A stretch of DNA of 64,000 bases from Bacteroidota bacterium (GTDB taxonomy: Bacteria > Bacteroidota > JABWAT01), in the NCBI GenBank assembly GCA_020161835.1, contig JAIUNL010000008.1, positions 84,552-148,551 of the forward strand. The letters run 5' to 3'. The stretch's first letter is position 1. Each line of letters opens with the position of its first letter. Shown one piece after another: positions 37,232-47,286 of this stretch. Below the pieces are notes generated by a model. The model was not told where the DNA came from and made no database searches. It was given only the letters and a program-made list of their open reading frames with translations. Position numbers and translations under genes: made by a program.

Positions 37232-38116
37232 ATGCCATCTGATAACCAACTTGTTGAAAAAATCATTCTGTCTGTCATGCACGATCAGGCAAAAACCAGT
37301 TCTGCTCCGGTAAAATGCAATGACAAACTATATGGTACCTGCACCCATGGCTGGGATTGCCCAAGCCATAAATCTGATGTAGTTTCCCAAATCATCAATG
37401 CCGGGGCATGCCGGGTTGGGAATGCTTTAGGTTCATGTGAAGTTACACCCAATGTTGCCAGAATGATTGACCACACTCTTCTGAAACCTGAGGGAACCCG
37501 TGAGGAAATTCTTCAGCTTTGCAAAGAAGCAAGGGAATTTCAATTTGCATCAGTTTGCATCAATCCGGGCTGGGTTTCACTTGCCTCAAGGGAACTGAAA
37601 GATTCAAAAGTGGATGTTTGTACGGTTATTGGTTTTCCTCTTGGTGCCACAACCTCAAGGGCCAAGGCTATGGAAACCCGCATTGCAATTGAAGATGGTG
37701 CCACAGAAGTTGACATGGTAATAAATGTCGGATTTCTGAAATCAAAAATGTATGAGGAAGTTGAAGCTGATATCAGAGCTGTGGTTGAGGCGGCCAGTTG
37801 TAATCATGTGCTAACCAAAGTTATTCTGGAAACTTGTTTGCTCACCGATGAAGAGAAGGTGATTGCCTGTATTCTGAGTAAAAATGCTGAGGCAAATTTT
37901 GTTAAAACATCAACCGGTTTTTCAAAAGGCGGAGCTACTGTTCAGGATATTGCCCTGATGAGGAAAGTTGTCGGTCCTCTTATGGGAGTTAAAGCATCAG
38001 GTGGAGTTCGTTCTTTCGATGATGCTGAAAAAATGATTGCGCACGGTGCTAGCCGGATCGGGGCAAGTGCTTCAGTTGCAATTGTTAAACATGAAGAAAC
38101 AAAATCAACATACTGA
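37232..38116 (+). CDS. deoC: deoxyribose-phosphate aldolase with a Cys-rich N-terminal extension of about 70 aa
   Basis: The DeoC core has the Schiff-base Lys context (NFVKTSTGF) plus VCINPGWV and [10 protein letters not shown]. The N-terminal extension [19 protein letters not shown]...[11 protein letters not shown] is not part of canonical DeoC. Confidence 0.8.
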   Translation: MPSDNQLVEKIILSVMHDQAKTSSAPVKCNDKLYGTCTHGWDCPSHKSDVVSQIINAGACRVGNALGSCEVTPNVARMIDHTLLKPEGTREEILQLCKEAREFQFASVCINPGWVSLASRELKDSKVDVCTVIGFPLGATTSRAKAMETRIAIEDGATEVDMVINVGFLKSKMYEEVEADIRAVVEAASCNHVLTKVILETCLLTDEEKVIACILSKNAEANFVKTSTGFSKGGATVQDIALMRKVVGPLMGVKASGGVRSFDDAEKMIAHGASRIGASASVAIVKHEETKSTY

Positions 38117-38598
38117 TGAAATTATTTCTTACACTTTTAGGATTTGTTTTTATTGTTTCGTGCGGATCTTCAGGTTCCGGGCGGGATGATTCAAAACGGT
38201 CAGGAAAAGAATCACCTGAACGTTTGAATGTTGACTGGAAAGCAACCAGAACTCCTGTAACTGATCGTGATGAACCCCTGATTGTCGGGTTAGATACAAC
38301 CGCTGACTGGTATCAACCCAAGGGAAATGAAGCCGTTTCTCAGAAAAAGTCGGGACGGGAAGTTAAAGGGTACAGGCTTCAATTATACTCTACAACTTCA
38401 AGAACAAAAGCAGATGAAGTTGCAGCCGAAGCTAAAAACCTTTATGGACTTTCAGCCCATATCACTTTTGCAGCTCCCAATTACATTCTCAGGGTAGGGA
38501 ATTATCAAACTCACGACGAAGCAAAAGATGCTCTTGACAAGCTGATTATGCTTTATCCAAATGCGACTATTGTTCCTGATTTTATCAGGGTGCCCTAA
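38116..38598 (+). CDS. SPOR-domain lipoprotein
   Basis: 160 aa with a lipobox (FIVSCGSSGSG). The C-terminal roughly 75 aa (GYRLQLYSTTSRTKADEVAAEAKN...ILRVGNYQTHDEAKDALDKL) match the SPOR peptidoglycan-binding fold pattern. Confidence 0.6.
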   Translation: MKLFLTLLGFVFIVSCGSSGSGRDDSKRSGKESPERLNVDWKATRTPVTDRDEPLIVGLDTTADWYQPKGNEAVSQKKSGREVKGYRLQLYSTTSRTKADEVAAEAKNLYGLSAHITFAAPNYILRVGNYQTHDEAKDALDKLIMLYPNATIVPDFIRVP

Positions 38599-38600
38599 AA

Positions 38601-39062
38601 TTATCGGGAAGAAGAAGCTGCTTCTGTTAGTTTAACTGGGTTTTGTTCAGTGCTTACCGGCTCAAATCGGACGTTAAAAAACTGTCCGGATGGACTAGTA
38701 CCAATAACTGCTTTCGTCCAAAAAATGCCAATTACTGATTTGGTTCCCGGTTTTAAGGTAGTGAGACTCTTCACACTGTTTTCATCTGCCTCAGGGCTTA
38801 GCATGAAAGTAAACCAGGCACGGTTGGCAGACTCATTTCTAATCTCGACGTAGTATCCCGCCTTATTTTCAACTTCATCAGCCTTGGCAAATGAAATCCG
38901 GTAAGATAAACTGGGTTCAGTTGGGTGTTCTTTCCAGGGTGTCCATTCTTTCTGAGCATAAGCAGCAGAAGAGAATACTACTGATAAAAGAAAAAATGAA
39001 ATTATTGTTTTATACTTCAACATAAGGCCTCCAAAACTGGAAAACGGTTTTAATTGCAGCAA
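38601..39062 (-). CDS. hypothetical secreted protein
   Basis: 153 aa with a signal peptide (...SSAAYAQKE). No family was recognised. Confidence 0.35.
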   Translation of the reverse strand: MLQLKPFSSFGGLMLKYKTIISFFLLSVVFSSAAYAQKEWTPWKEHPTEPSLSYRISFAKADEVENKAGYYVEIRNESANRAWFTFMLSPEADENSVKSLTTLKPGTKSVIGIFWTKAVIGTSPSGQFFNVRFEPVSTEQNPVKLTEAASSSR

Positions 39063-39185
39063 CCGGAAATCAAAAAGTTAGTAGTATTACAGCTCAAATC
39101 TTCATGTGGCATTATTTATTAAATATAATAAGCCGTACCACATTACAAAGATAGGCAAAAGAGGGTATACTATTTAATAATTATT

Positions 39186-39205
39186 ATCAGATATTGTTAT
39201 CTGAT
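39186..39205. promoter_or_regulatory. perfect 8-4-8 inverted repeat ATCAGATA-ttgt-TATCTGAT in the AT-rich region upstream of uvrB; candidate operator
   Basis: Palindrome seen directly in the sequence. It lies about 235 nt upstream of the uvrB ATG inside a 380-nt AT-rich noncoding region. Confidence 0.25.
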
Positions 39206-39441
39206 GTAAAATATTAAGGTATTTAGTTTAGATTACATTAATAAATGAATTAACGGGTTATTTGATTTCAGTGCAATCAGATTTTTTTCAGATCGAATTC
39301 AATTGGCCGAACTTCAAAATAAGAGAAATTTGACCTACCTTTAGCAAAGAAAAAGTTGTGTTAGGATAAAGTCACCAACTGTTTTCGCCCCAATTCTTTC
39401 ATTTTCAAAGAGCTTATTTTAAAATTAAACTTCAATAAAAC

Positions 39442-41469
39442 ATGTCTTCATTTAAGGTTATTTCTGATTATATTCCGGCTGGTGACCAACCAACAGCAAT
39501 AAAGGAACTCACAGAGGGCTTTCGGTCCGGTGAGAAATTCCAGACTTTACTGGGTGTGACTGGTTCAGGGAAAACGTTTACCGTGGCACATGTTGTGCAA
39601 AACCTGAATAAACCAACTCTGGTTCTTACCCATAATAAAACATTGGCAGCACAGCTTTACGGCGAAATAAAACAGTTTTTCCCGGATAATGCCGTTGAGT
39701 TCTTCATCTCATATTATGATTATTATCAACCTGAGGCCTACCTGCCTTCATCTGATTTATATATCGAAAAGGATATGTCGATAAATGACGAAATAGACAG
39801 GTTAAGGTTAAGGGCTACCAGTTCTCTTCTTTCTGGTAGGAAGGATGTTATCATTGTTTCTTCTGTTTCGTGTATTTATGGTATTGGGGCTCCTGAAGAA
39901 TATTTGAACCAGCTGGTTGAAATTAAGGTTGGGCAAAACTTAAAAAGAAATGAGCTGCTCGACAGCCTGGTTAACATTCATTATGTAAGAAACGATATCG
40001 ATTTTAAACGGGGTACATTCAGAGTTCGGGGTGATGTTATTGATGTGATTCCTGCCTATGAGGAATTTGCCTACCGTATTCAGTTCTGGGATAATGAAGT
40101 TGAAAAAATAACCATGATCGATCCGATTGAAAATACAGTTATCGGACGGTCTGACGAAATTGCAATTTTTCCTGCAAAGCATTTTGTTACAAGCCGTGAA
40201 TCACTTGAAGAGGCACTTCGTGATATTGAAGCAGAACTTAAATGGCGGTTAAACATTCTCAGGGAGGAAGGTCGTTTTCTCGAATCAAAAAGACTTGAAG
40301 AACGTACCCGTTTTGACCTTGAAATGATCAGGGAAATTGGCTATTGCTCAGGAATTGAAAATTACTCACGGCATCTTGCACGCAGAAAAGAGGGTGACAG
40401 ACCATCTGTTCTTCTTGACTATTTCCCCGATGATTTCCTGCTTGTCATTGACGAATCACACCAAACCATTCCGCAGATTCATGGTATGTACGGTGGTGAC
40501 CGGTCCAGAAAAATGAATCTTGTTGAATACGGTTTTCGTCTTCCTTCCGCACTTGATAACCGGCCGTTGCGTTTTGAAGAATTTGAAACCATGATTAATC
40601 AGGTTTTGTTTGTTTCAGCAACACCGGCAGCTTATGAACTTGAAAAATGCAAGGGAGTAATCGCAGAACAAATTATCCGCCCAACAGGACTTCTTGATCC
40701 TGAAATAAGTGTCCGTCCGGTTAAAAACCAGATAGATGACTTACTGTCTGAAATCAGAAAAAGGGTTGCCAAAAACGAAAGAGTTCTTGTCACAACCCTT
40801 ACCAAGAGAATGTCTGAAGATCTTACCGATTACCTGAACAATCTGAATGTCAAAATCAGATACCTGCATTCTGATATTGATTCCCTCGAACGGGTTGAAA
40901 TTCTTCGTGGCCTCCGTCTTGCAGAATTTGATGTACTGGTAGGAATTAACCTGCTCAGAGAAGGACTTGACCTTCCTGAGGTTTCTCTCGTTGCAATTCT
41001 GGATGCGGATAAGGAAGGTTTTCTGCGATCTGAAACTGCCCTGATTCAGGTTGCCGGCCGTGCTGCCAGAAATCAAAACGGATTGGTCATTTTATATGCA
41101 GATACCATAACCGGTTCAATGGAAAGAATGATGGCCGAAACGAAAAGAAGGAGAAAACGGCAGGAAGAATACAACACCCTGAATGGCATTACACCTACAA
41201 CTGTATTCAAAACCCGTGATCAGATCATGCAATCAACAATGGTTGCTGATTCCAGAAATAAAAAAGAAGCCAGATATTACACTGAAGACACAGTAAATAT
41301 CACGGCTGCAGATCCGTTACTTTCTTATTTGCCGAAAGAAAAAGTGGATAAAATGATTCTCCAGCTTAGGAATGAAATGAAAACAGCTTCTAAAAATCTG
41401 GAATTTGAACGGGCTGCTGAAATCCGGGATGAAATTGACAGACTACAAAAGCTGGGCAGCAATAAATAG
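39442..41469 (+). CDS. uvrB: excinuclease ABC subunit B
   Basis: 675 aa. Walker [11 protein letters not shown], the beta-hairpin region, helicase motifs, and the C-terminal UVR domain ([16 protein letters not shown]) are all present. Confidence 0.92.
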   Translation: MSSFKVISDYIPAGDQPTAIKELTEGFRSGEKFQTLLGVTGSGKTFTVAHVVQNLNKPTLVLTHNKTLAAQLYGEIKQFFPDNAVEFFISYYDYYQPEAYLPSSDLYIEKDMSINDEIDRLRLRATSSLLSGRKDVIIVSSVSCIYGIGAPEEYLNQLVEIKVGQNLKRNELLDSLVNIHYVRNDIDFKRGTFRVRGDVIDVIPAYEEFAYRIQFWDNEVEKITMIDPIENTVIGRSDEIAIFPAKHFVTSRESLEEALRDIEAELKWRLNILREEGRFLESKRLEERTRFDLEMIREIGYCSGIENYSRHLARRKEGDRPSVLLDYFPDDFLLVIDESHQTIPQIHGMYGGDRSRKMNLVEYGFRLPSALDNRPLRFEEFETMINQVLFVSATPAAYELEKCKGVIAEQIIRPTGLLDPEISVRPVKNQIDDLLSEIRKRVAKNERVLVTTLTKRMSEDLTDYLNNLNVKIRYLHSDIDSLERVEILRGLRLAEFDVLVGINLLREGLDLPEVSLVAILDADKEGFLRSETALIQVAGRAARNQNGLVILYADTITGSMERMMAETKRRRKRQEEYNTLNGITPTTVFKTRDQIMQSTMVADSRNKKEARYYTEDTVNITAADPLLSYLPKEKVDKMILQLRNEMKTASKNLEFERAAEIRDEIDRLQKLGSNK

Positions 41470-41714
41470 TAATTAAGTGTTATGTGGTAAGTGAAAGGTG
41501 ACAAGTGGGAAGTTAGCCAGAGTGGTTTTTCCTTTAAAGAACACCATCAGACTTTCACAAATGAGGTTGCCTTAAAAAAGGAAAATTATTGGATGGACTT
41601 CTCAGTTTTCGCTTAACACATGCAACTTGCGACTTACCATCTGATACTTATAACTGCCAACGTTTTGTTTGACCGTTCATTTTCCTTAAATTAAATAATT
41701 ATTCTGAGGATACT

Positions 41715-41927
41715 ATGGAAGAAAAATCAAATTATACGAAAAATCAGGAATCCGGACAGGGTGGAGTCAATTTTGGCGGGATGTATGATGGCGTCAATAA
41801 AGGATTGGATGGTTTCAGGAAAATCGTTCGTGAAAACCCGGCAATCGTCTTAGGCGTGGCTTTTGGTGTTGGTTTACTGGTCGGTATTCTGACTTCAGGC
41901 AAGAAAAAAGATGACGGTTCTAAATAG
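41715..41927 (+). CDS. DUF883 (YqjD/ElaB-like) small membrane-anchored protein
   Basis: 70 aa with a polar N-terminus and a single C-terminal TM helix (AIVLGVAFGVGLLVGIL) followed by a basic tail. Confidence 0.45.
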   Translation: MEEKSNYTKNQESGQGGVNFGGMYDGVNKGLDGFRKIVRENPAIVLGVAFGVGLLVGILTSGKKKDDGSK

Positions 41928-42285
41928 CAAAGAATCCAGGATTCAACATCTTACGAGCCTGACTGACCACGAAATACAAGCCCAGATCAGACTACTGAAT
42001 ATTGAAATTGAGGTTGAGAAAAGGTTGACCGAAGGAAAAATTGAATCAAAGTCCTCACTTGAGTTCATGTCGGGACTTATTTTTTATTTTCTTGGCTTTT
42101 TCATTCTGATTTCCTCAATTGTTTTTATTTCTGGATTGTACTTTTTTGGAATATTAACAGCCTTCCTGATCTACGGAAGCATGTTTATTTTAACCGGACT
42201 TTATCTTTTGTTTTTCAAGCCGTCCTGGTTTGGAAATGGCCTTCAATACTGGTACAGACAATTTAAAGGAGAATCTGAATCATGA
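41911..42285 (+). CDS. YqjE-like (DUF1469 / 'holin-X') membrane protein
   Basis: 124 aa with an amphipathic N-terminal region and then two long TM helices. Confidence 0.4.
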   Translation: MTVLNSKESRIQHLTSLTDHEIQAQIRLLNIEIEVEKRLTEGKIESKSSLEFMSGLIFYFLGFFILISSIVFISGLYFFGILTAFLIYGSMFILTGLYLLFFKPSWFGNGLQYWYRQFKGESES

Positions 42286-42593
42286 GTCTTGAAAAATCAA
42301 CCGCTGATCTCGAAAAGGAAATTTTCCGTCTGGAAGAAGAAATCAGGGCAAGAGAAGCAATCAGACAAGAACAACCGCAACTTCCTGCAATGATTGAAAT
42401 TGAAGAATTTGTGAAGAAAAACCCGATACTTGCGGTTGGAATTGCGATTACTTTGGGTGTTTCTGTTGGTTATCTATTACGTAATATGAACGCCTCATCA
42501 GGTTTTTTAAATAAGTTGGTTTCGGGACTTGATGGGTCAGGTGAAAATAGTTCAGGTGATGTCATGGCCATGCTTTTGAAATTCCTGAAGTAA
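42282..42593 (+). CDS. YqjD/YqjK-like coiled-coil protein with a C-terminal TM anchor
   Basis: 103 aa with an N-terminal coiled coil and a C-terminal TM helix (ILAVGIAITLGVSVGYLL). Confidence 0.4.
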   Translation: MSLEKSTADLEKEIFRLEEEIRAREAIRQEQPQLPAMIEIEEFVKKNPILAVGIAITLGVSVGYLLRNMNASSGFLNKLVSGLDGSGENSSGDVMAMLLKFLK

Positions 42594-42596
42594 ATA

Positions 42597-43352
42597 ATGG
42601 AAAGGTTTCAGCCATTTTTTATCTGGTTTGGTGAATCTGCTCTTTTTCTAAAACAGTTTTTTATTTGCCTGTTTACCCAGAAATTTGAATGGCGTCAATT
42701 TCTTCAGCAATTCGATGAAATTGGGTCACGTTCTCTTATTCTGGTGGGAATTTCCGGACTTGCGATAGGTGTCGTCCTTTCAATGCAGTTCAATGCCACC
42801 CTTGCACGGTTTGGTGCAGAATCCATGCTTCCCTCCATGATATCCCTTTCAGTGATCCGTGAAATTGGTCCAATTATCACCGCTCTTGTTGTTGCCGGCC
42901 GTGTTGCTTCAGGAATTGGCGCTGAATTGGGTTCAATGAGGGTGACTGAACAAATAGATGCCCTCGATGTTTCTGCAGTCGATTCGTTTAATTTCCTTGT
43001 CGTTCCCCGTATCATGGCCGGAATTATTGCCCTGCCAATTCTGACTGTCTATTGTGATTTTATTGCAATCATTGGCGGATACTTCGGAATTCTTATTGAA
43101 CGTACTATCACACTTCAGGAATACATCAGTGCTGCCATCCGGTTTTTAGGTCCTGATGATATTTTCCCCGGTGTTTTAAAAACAACTGTTTTTGGTTTAA
43201 TTATTACCTTTGTGGGTTCGTTTAACGGGTATAAAACAACCGGTGGGACTGTTGGTGTTGGTCTTTCTGCAACCAATGCAGTCGTTCTTTCTTCACTTCT
43301 GATTATTGTTGCAGAAGTGGTCCTTGTAAAAATTTCTATTTTATTCTTCTGA
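42597..43352 (+). CDS. mlaE: MlaE-family ABC transporter permease
   Basis: 251 aa. The conserved MlaE/TTG2B motifs are present (IGPIITALVVAGRVASGIGAELGSMRVTEQIDAL). Confidence 0.8.
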   Translation: MERFQPFFIWFGESALFLKQFFICLFTQKFEWRQFLQQFDEIGSRSLILVGISGLAIGVVLSMQFNATLARFGAESMLPSMISLSVIREIGPIITALVVAGRVASGIGAELGSMRVTEQIDALDVSAVDSFNFLVVPRIMAGIIALPILTVYCDFIAIIGGYFGILIERTITLQEYISAAIRFLGPDDIFPGVLKTTVFGLIITFVGSFNGYKTTGGTVGVGLSATNAVVLSSLLIIVAEVVLVKISILFF

Positions 43353-44101
43353 TGATTGAACTTGTAAAAATTTATAAAAGATTTGGCACACTTCAGGTTT
43401 TGAACGGTGTTTCTTTAACGTTTAAAACCGGTGAGAATACTGTCATTCTTGGAAAATCAGGTTCAGGAAAATCTGTTCTGCTCAAACATGTTGTTCGCCT
43501 TCTCGACCCTGATGAAGGAGTCGTTTTGGTCGACGGTCAGAATATCGGCGAATTTAAATTGCACGAATTAATGGAATACAGAAAAACACTTGGTTTTCTT
43601 TTTCAGGGTGCGGCTCTTTACGATTCTCTTTCTGTTTTTGAAAATGTGGCTTTTCCTATAAGAAGACATACTAAAACACCTGAAAATGAAATTGAAGATC
43701 AGGTTATGGAAGCTTTGGGATGGGTGAGTTTAACTAACGCCGCACAAAAAATGCCGTCTGAACTTTCCGGCGGGATGAGAAAACGTGTTGGGCTTGCCAG
43801 AAGTTTGATTTTAAAACCCAAAGTCATGTTATATGATGAACCTACTACCGGACTTGACCCCATTACCAGCAATGAAATCAGTGATCTGATTTTAAAGCTG
43901 CAGCAACAATTCGGGACAACCGGGTTAATTGTTACCCACGATATGCCTTGTGCTTTTAAAGTTGCAGACAGGGCAATTTTACTTTCAGAAGGCAATATAT
44001 TGTTTGATGGGGGAATTGCTGAAATTGAAAAATCAGATGAACCTCTGGTTAAAACCTTTTATGAGACCTCAGTGGCCAAACGCCCGGAACTTAACCTATG
44101 A
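43352..44101 (+). CDS. mlaF: MlaF-family ABC transporter ATP-binding protein
   Basis: 249 aa with Walker A GKSGSGKS, the signature LSGGMRKRV, and Walker B MLYDEPTTGLD. Confidence 0.85.
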   Translation: MIELVKIYKRFGTLQVLNGVSLTFKTGENTVILGKSGSGKSVLLKHVVRLLDPDEGVVLVDGQNIGEFKLHELMEYRKTLGFLFQGAALYDSLSVFENVAFPIRRHTKTPENEIEDQVMEALGWVSLTNAAQKMPSELSGGMRKRVGLARSLILKPKVMLYDEPTTGLDPITSNEISDLILKLQQQFGTTGLIVTHDMPCAFKVADRAILLSEGNILFDGGIAEIEKSDEPLVKTFYETSVAKRPELNL

Positions 44102-45126
44102 TGACTAAAAAGCCTCTTTACCGACTTGGAATATTTGTTGCTGTTGCCTTTTTTGGATTTTTTATCGGGATTTTAAGTCTTGGTGAGCGAAAAGGCTGGT
44201 TTGAAAAAACCATGGGCATTTATGTCATGTTTACTGATGTTGACGGGCTTGAAAATGGGGCCCCGGTCAGAATTTCAGGTATAAATGCAGGAAAAGTTTC
44301 AAGTATTCGGCCTCCAACAAAAGTAGGCGAACGTGTCATGGTTAGAATGGAAGTTGAAGTCAGCTATAAAAATCTGCTCAGAGAAGATGCTGTTGCTCAC
44401 ATTGAAACTGAAGGTTTGGTTGGGTATAAACTTGTTGTCATTGATCCGGGCAGTACCATTTCAAAACAAGTTGAAGAAAATGGATTTATTCAATCTACTG
44501 AACCGGTAAAACTTTCTGACATCACCAAGAAATTTGCAAATGCATCAGAAAATATTGCAAGTATCGTACGGAATGTTGATGCAATTGCTGATTCCATTCA
44601 AAGAGGAAAGGGAACAATAGGCAGGTTAATTTACGATCAGTCCCTTTATAAAAATTTCTCCTCTGCCGCTATTTCTGTTGATAGTGCCTTTTCATCATTC
44701 AGTAAACAGTCACGTGAAATTTCGAGTATCTTCGGCCAGATTTCGACTACATCCAAGCAAATTATGGATAAAATCAATCGGGGTGAGGGCACAATTGGCA
44801 AGCTTGTGACAAGTGATTCGTTGTACAACGATATCCGGTCAAGTACAACCAATTTTGTTCAGGTCATTTCCAAACTGGAAGACGGCGTTTATTCATTTTC
44901 AGAAAACATGGAAGCTCTTAAACGAAACTGGTTTTTCAAAGGCTATTTTGAGGATCGTGGATATTGGAGCAGGGAAGATTTTACCCGGGTTGACCAGTAT
45001 CTGACCAAACGGAAACTTGAACTCGAACAGTTGCAGGCCGATATGCAGCAACAGCTTGATATTCTGAAACAGCGTGAACAAGCACTTCGGGATAAAGAAA
45101 AAGAAATGCAATCCAAAGAAAAATAA
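44098..45126 (+). CDS. mlaD: MlaD / MCE-family substrate-binding protein with a long C-terminal coiled coil
   Basis: 342 aa with an N-terminal TM anchor. The MCE domain reads MFTDVDGLENGAPVRISGINAGKV. Confidence 0.75.
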   Translation: MMTKKPLYRLGIFVAVAFFGFFIGILSLGERKGWFEKTMGIYVMFTDVDGLENGAPVRISGINAGKVSSIRPPTKVGERVMVRMEVEVSYKNLLREDAVAHIETEGLVGYKLVVIDPGSTISKQVEENGFIQSTEPVKLSDITKKFANASENIASIVRNVDAIADSIQRGKGTIGRLIYDQSLYKNFSSAAISVDSAFSSFSKQSREISSIFGQISTTSKQIMDKINRGEGTIGKLVTSDSLYNDIRSSTTNFVQVISKLEDGVYSFSENMEALKRNWFFKGYFEDRGYWSREDFTRVDQYLTKRKLELEQLQADMQQQLDILKQREQALRDKEKEMQSKEK

Positions 45127-45132
45127 AACGGA

Positions 45133-45951
45133 ATGCGTTTTTTTTCCCAACTTTTTCGCCGGTTTCGTGAACATGATATCATCCGTATTTCCGGATCAGT
45201 TGCTTTTCAATTGATATTATCAATCGTTCCCTGTTTGCTTTTTGTTACCTGGCTTCTTCAGATTCTTGGTTTTCAGCCAAAAACTGCTCTTCTTTCTGCT
45301 GAAATCAGTCATTGGCTTCCTGATGGATTCATTCCTTTAACTGAAACATTACTCTCTGTTCTAAATCAGACAGAACATCCAACCGGGTGGGCACTTGCTG
45401 GTCTTGCTCTTGCCGCCTGGTCTGGCTCTTCAGGTTTTTCTGCTATCATTAAAGGATTGCTTACCGCCTACCGGGTTAAAAAACACCCTTCATTTCTTGT
45501 TATCAGATTACGTTCTGTAATCCTCATGATTACATTTGGTCTTATCATGTCTGCTGCCTTTTCTCTTGTTTCAGACGGAGAACAATTTCTGACCGTATTT
45601 CTTCATTTACCATTCGGCCAGGTTTTGATTCCTTTTTTCCAATGGAGTGCCGGATGGCTTCTTGTTTTTACCGCAGTTGCTTTTCTTTATGTTTTTGCTC
45701 CTTCGCTGAATCTGACTCTGAAGTCGGTTTTGCCCGGAAGTTTTCTTTTCTCAGTATCCTGGGTTTTCTCTACCTGGGGGTTAAATGAAATTCTGGCTTA
45801 TCTGGTGGTTTTCAAACAAACCCTGAATGTGCTTGGTTCAACGGCTCTTCTCATGATCTGGATGTATCTTACCTCTTTACTCTTACTGGCCGGCGGTGAA
45901 ATAAACGCCATCAAACGAAATCGTGTACAGTCAGAAAAACGAAGAAAATGA
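45133..45951 (+). CDS. YihY/BrkB-family inner membrane protein
   Basis: 272 aa with 6 TM helices and the family-typical N-terminus (...ISGSVAFQLILSIVP). Confidence 0.7.
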   Translation: MRFFSQLFRRFREHDIIRISGSVAFQLILSIVPCLLFVTWLLQILGFQPKTALLSAEISHWLPDGFIPLTETLLSVLNQTEHPTGWALAGLALAAWSGSSGFSAIIKGLLTAYRVKKHPSFLVIRLRSVILMITFGLIMSAAFSLVSDGEQFLTVFLHLPFGQVLIPFFQWSAGWLLVFTAVAFLYVFAPSLNLTLKSVLPGSFLFSVSWVFSTWGLNEILAYLVVFKQTLNVLGSTALLMIWMYLTSLLLLAGGEINAIKRNRVQSEKRRK

Positions 45952-46035
45952 CTTAAAACGTAAAGGTCTTTGTTCAGATAATTGAATAATTCTGCAGAAT
46001 TTTGTTTCTTTGCTTCACTTTATTCTGAAAGAACT

Positions 46036-47193
46036 ATGAGTACTTCAACATCCGTTTCTGCTCGTCTGGTCCTTGAAAATGGCGTTTGCCTTTCAGGCCG
46101 TTCATTTGGTGCTGCCGTTGATTCCTTTGGTGAAATCGTGTTCAATACCTCGATGATGGGTTATCAGGAAATTCTGACCGATCCGAGTTATTGTGGTCAA
46201 ACCATGGTTTTCACTTACCCCATGATTGGTAATTATGGTGTTAACGAAGAAGATGTCGAAAGTGAAAAAGTTCACGTTTCAGGTATGATAGTAAGGGAAG
46301 TCTCAAAAATTGTTTCCAATTTCAGGGCCACCTCTTCGCTTCCCGATTATTTAAAAAAGCACAACATTCCTGCTCTTGAAGGTATTGATACCCGATATCT
46401 TACCCTTATTCTCAGAACTGAAGGTGCAATGAGATGTATCATCACCCATGACCTAACAAGTTCGGTAGAAACACTTGTTGAAAAAGTAAAAAATTCACCC
46501 AGTATGATTGGTGCTGATCTTGCCAAAGTTGTTTCAACTGAAAAAACGTATTCATTCAAACCTGTTCATCAATTAACCGGTTATTCACTTCCAATTCATT
46601 CTGAACGCAGATTTAAGGTTGCTGCAATTGATTATGGAATCAAGCAGAATATCCTTCGTATTCTTCACCAGACGGGTTGTGATGTTACCGTTTATCCCTG
46701 TTCAGTTTCTGCCTCTGAAATTCTTGCTTCAAATCCAGACGGTATTTTCCTGTCAAATGGGCCGGGAGATCCTGAAGCAGTCACTTATTCCATTCCGGAA
46801 GTAACAAAGCTTATCAATTCCGGACTTCCGGTTTTTGGTATTTGCCTGGGTCACCAGATCAGTGCATTAGCTTTGGGAGCAAAAACCTATAAACTTAAAT
46901 TTGGTCACCGGGGAGGAAATCACCCGGTTAAAGATCTGCGGACCAATAAAATTGAAATTACAGCTCAGAATCACGGTTTTGCTGTAGATATTGACTCAAT
47001 TCCGTCAAATCTTGAACTGACCCACCTTAATCTGAATGATCAGACTGTTGAAGGTTTTCAACACCGCACACTTCCGTTCTTCTCTGTTCAGTACCACCCA
47101 GAAGCCTCACCCGGACCTCACGATTCTCATTATCTTTTTGATGAATTCATCAGACTGATGAAGGAAAAAAAGACGTTGCTTTCGCATGCTTAA
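46036..47193 (+). CDS. carA: carbamoyl-phosphate synthase small (glutamine amidotransferase) subunit. The ORF track starts at 45982; the likely start is the second Met.
   Basis: It has the CarA N-terminal domain (LVLENGVCLSGRSFGA, GEIVFNTSMMGYQEILTDPSY) and the class I GATase triad (GICLGHQ ... HPE). No carB is adjacent. Confidence 0.85.
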   Translation: MSTSTSVSARLVLENGVCLSGRSFGAAVDSFGEIVFNTSMMGYQEILTDPSYCGQTMVFTYPMIGNYGVNEEDVESEKVHVSGMIVREVSKIVSNFRATSSLPDYLKKHNIPALEGIDTRYLTLILRTEGAMRCIITHDLTSSVETLVEKVKNSPSMIGADLAKVVSTEKTYSFKPVHQLTGYSLPIHSERRFKVAAIDYGIKQNILRILHQTGCDVTVYPCSVSASEILASNPDGIFLSNGPGDPEAVTYSIPEVTKLINSGLPVFGICLGHQISALALGAKTYKLKFGHRGGNHPVKDLRTNKIEITAQNHGFAVDIDSIPSNLELTHLNLNDQTVEGFQHRTLPFFSVQYHPEASPGPHDSHYLFDEFIRLMKEKKTLLSHA

Positions 47194-47286
47194 TTTTTCA
47201 TGAGAGTCTTTGAATTGTAGTTTTTACGCTGGAAAAAGTTCAGGAAACTCCGTTCATTTGTTATTGCATTTTCATAAGGATTAACC

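Noticed and set aside
41911-42285. 'Holin' family membrane protein as a sign of a prophage or lysis cassette
   Set aside because: No endolysin, spanin, integrase or structural phage genes are nearby. The three-gene layout matches the non-phage yqjD/E/K stress operon.
45982-46035. The N-terminal 18 codons of the carA ORF (MNNSAEFCFFASLYSERT)
   Set aside because: CarA orthologs begin at the second Met (MSTSTSVSARLVLENG...). The extension is probably an ORF-finder artefact.
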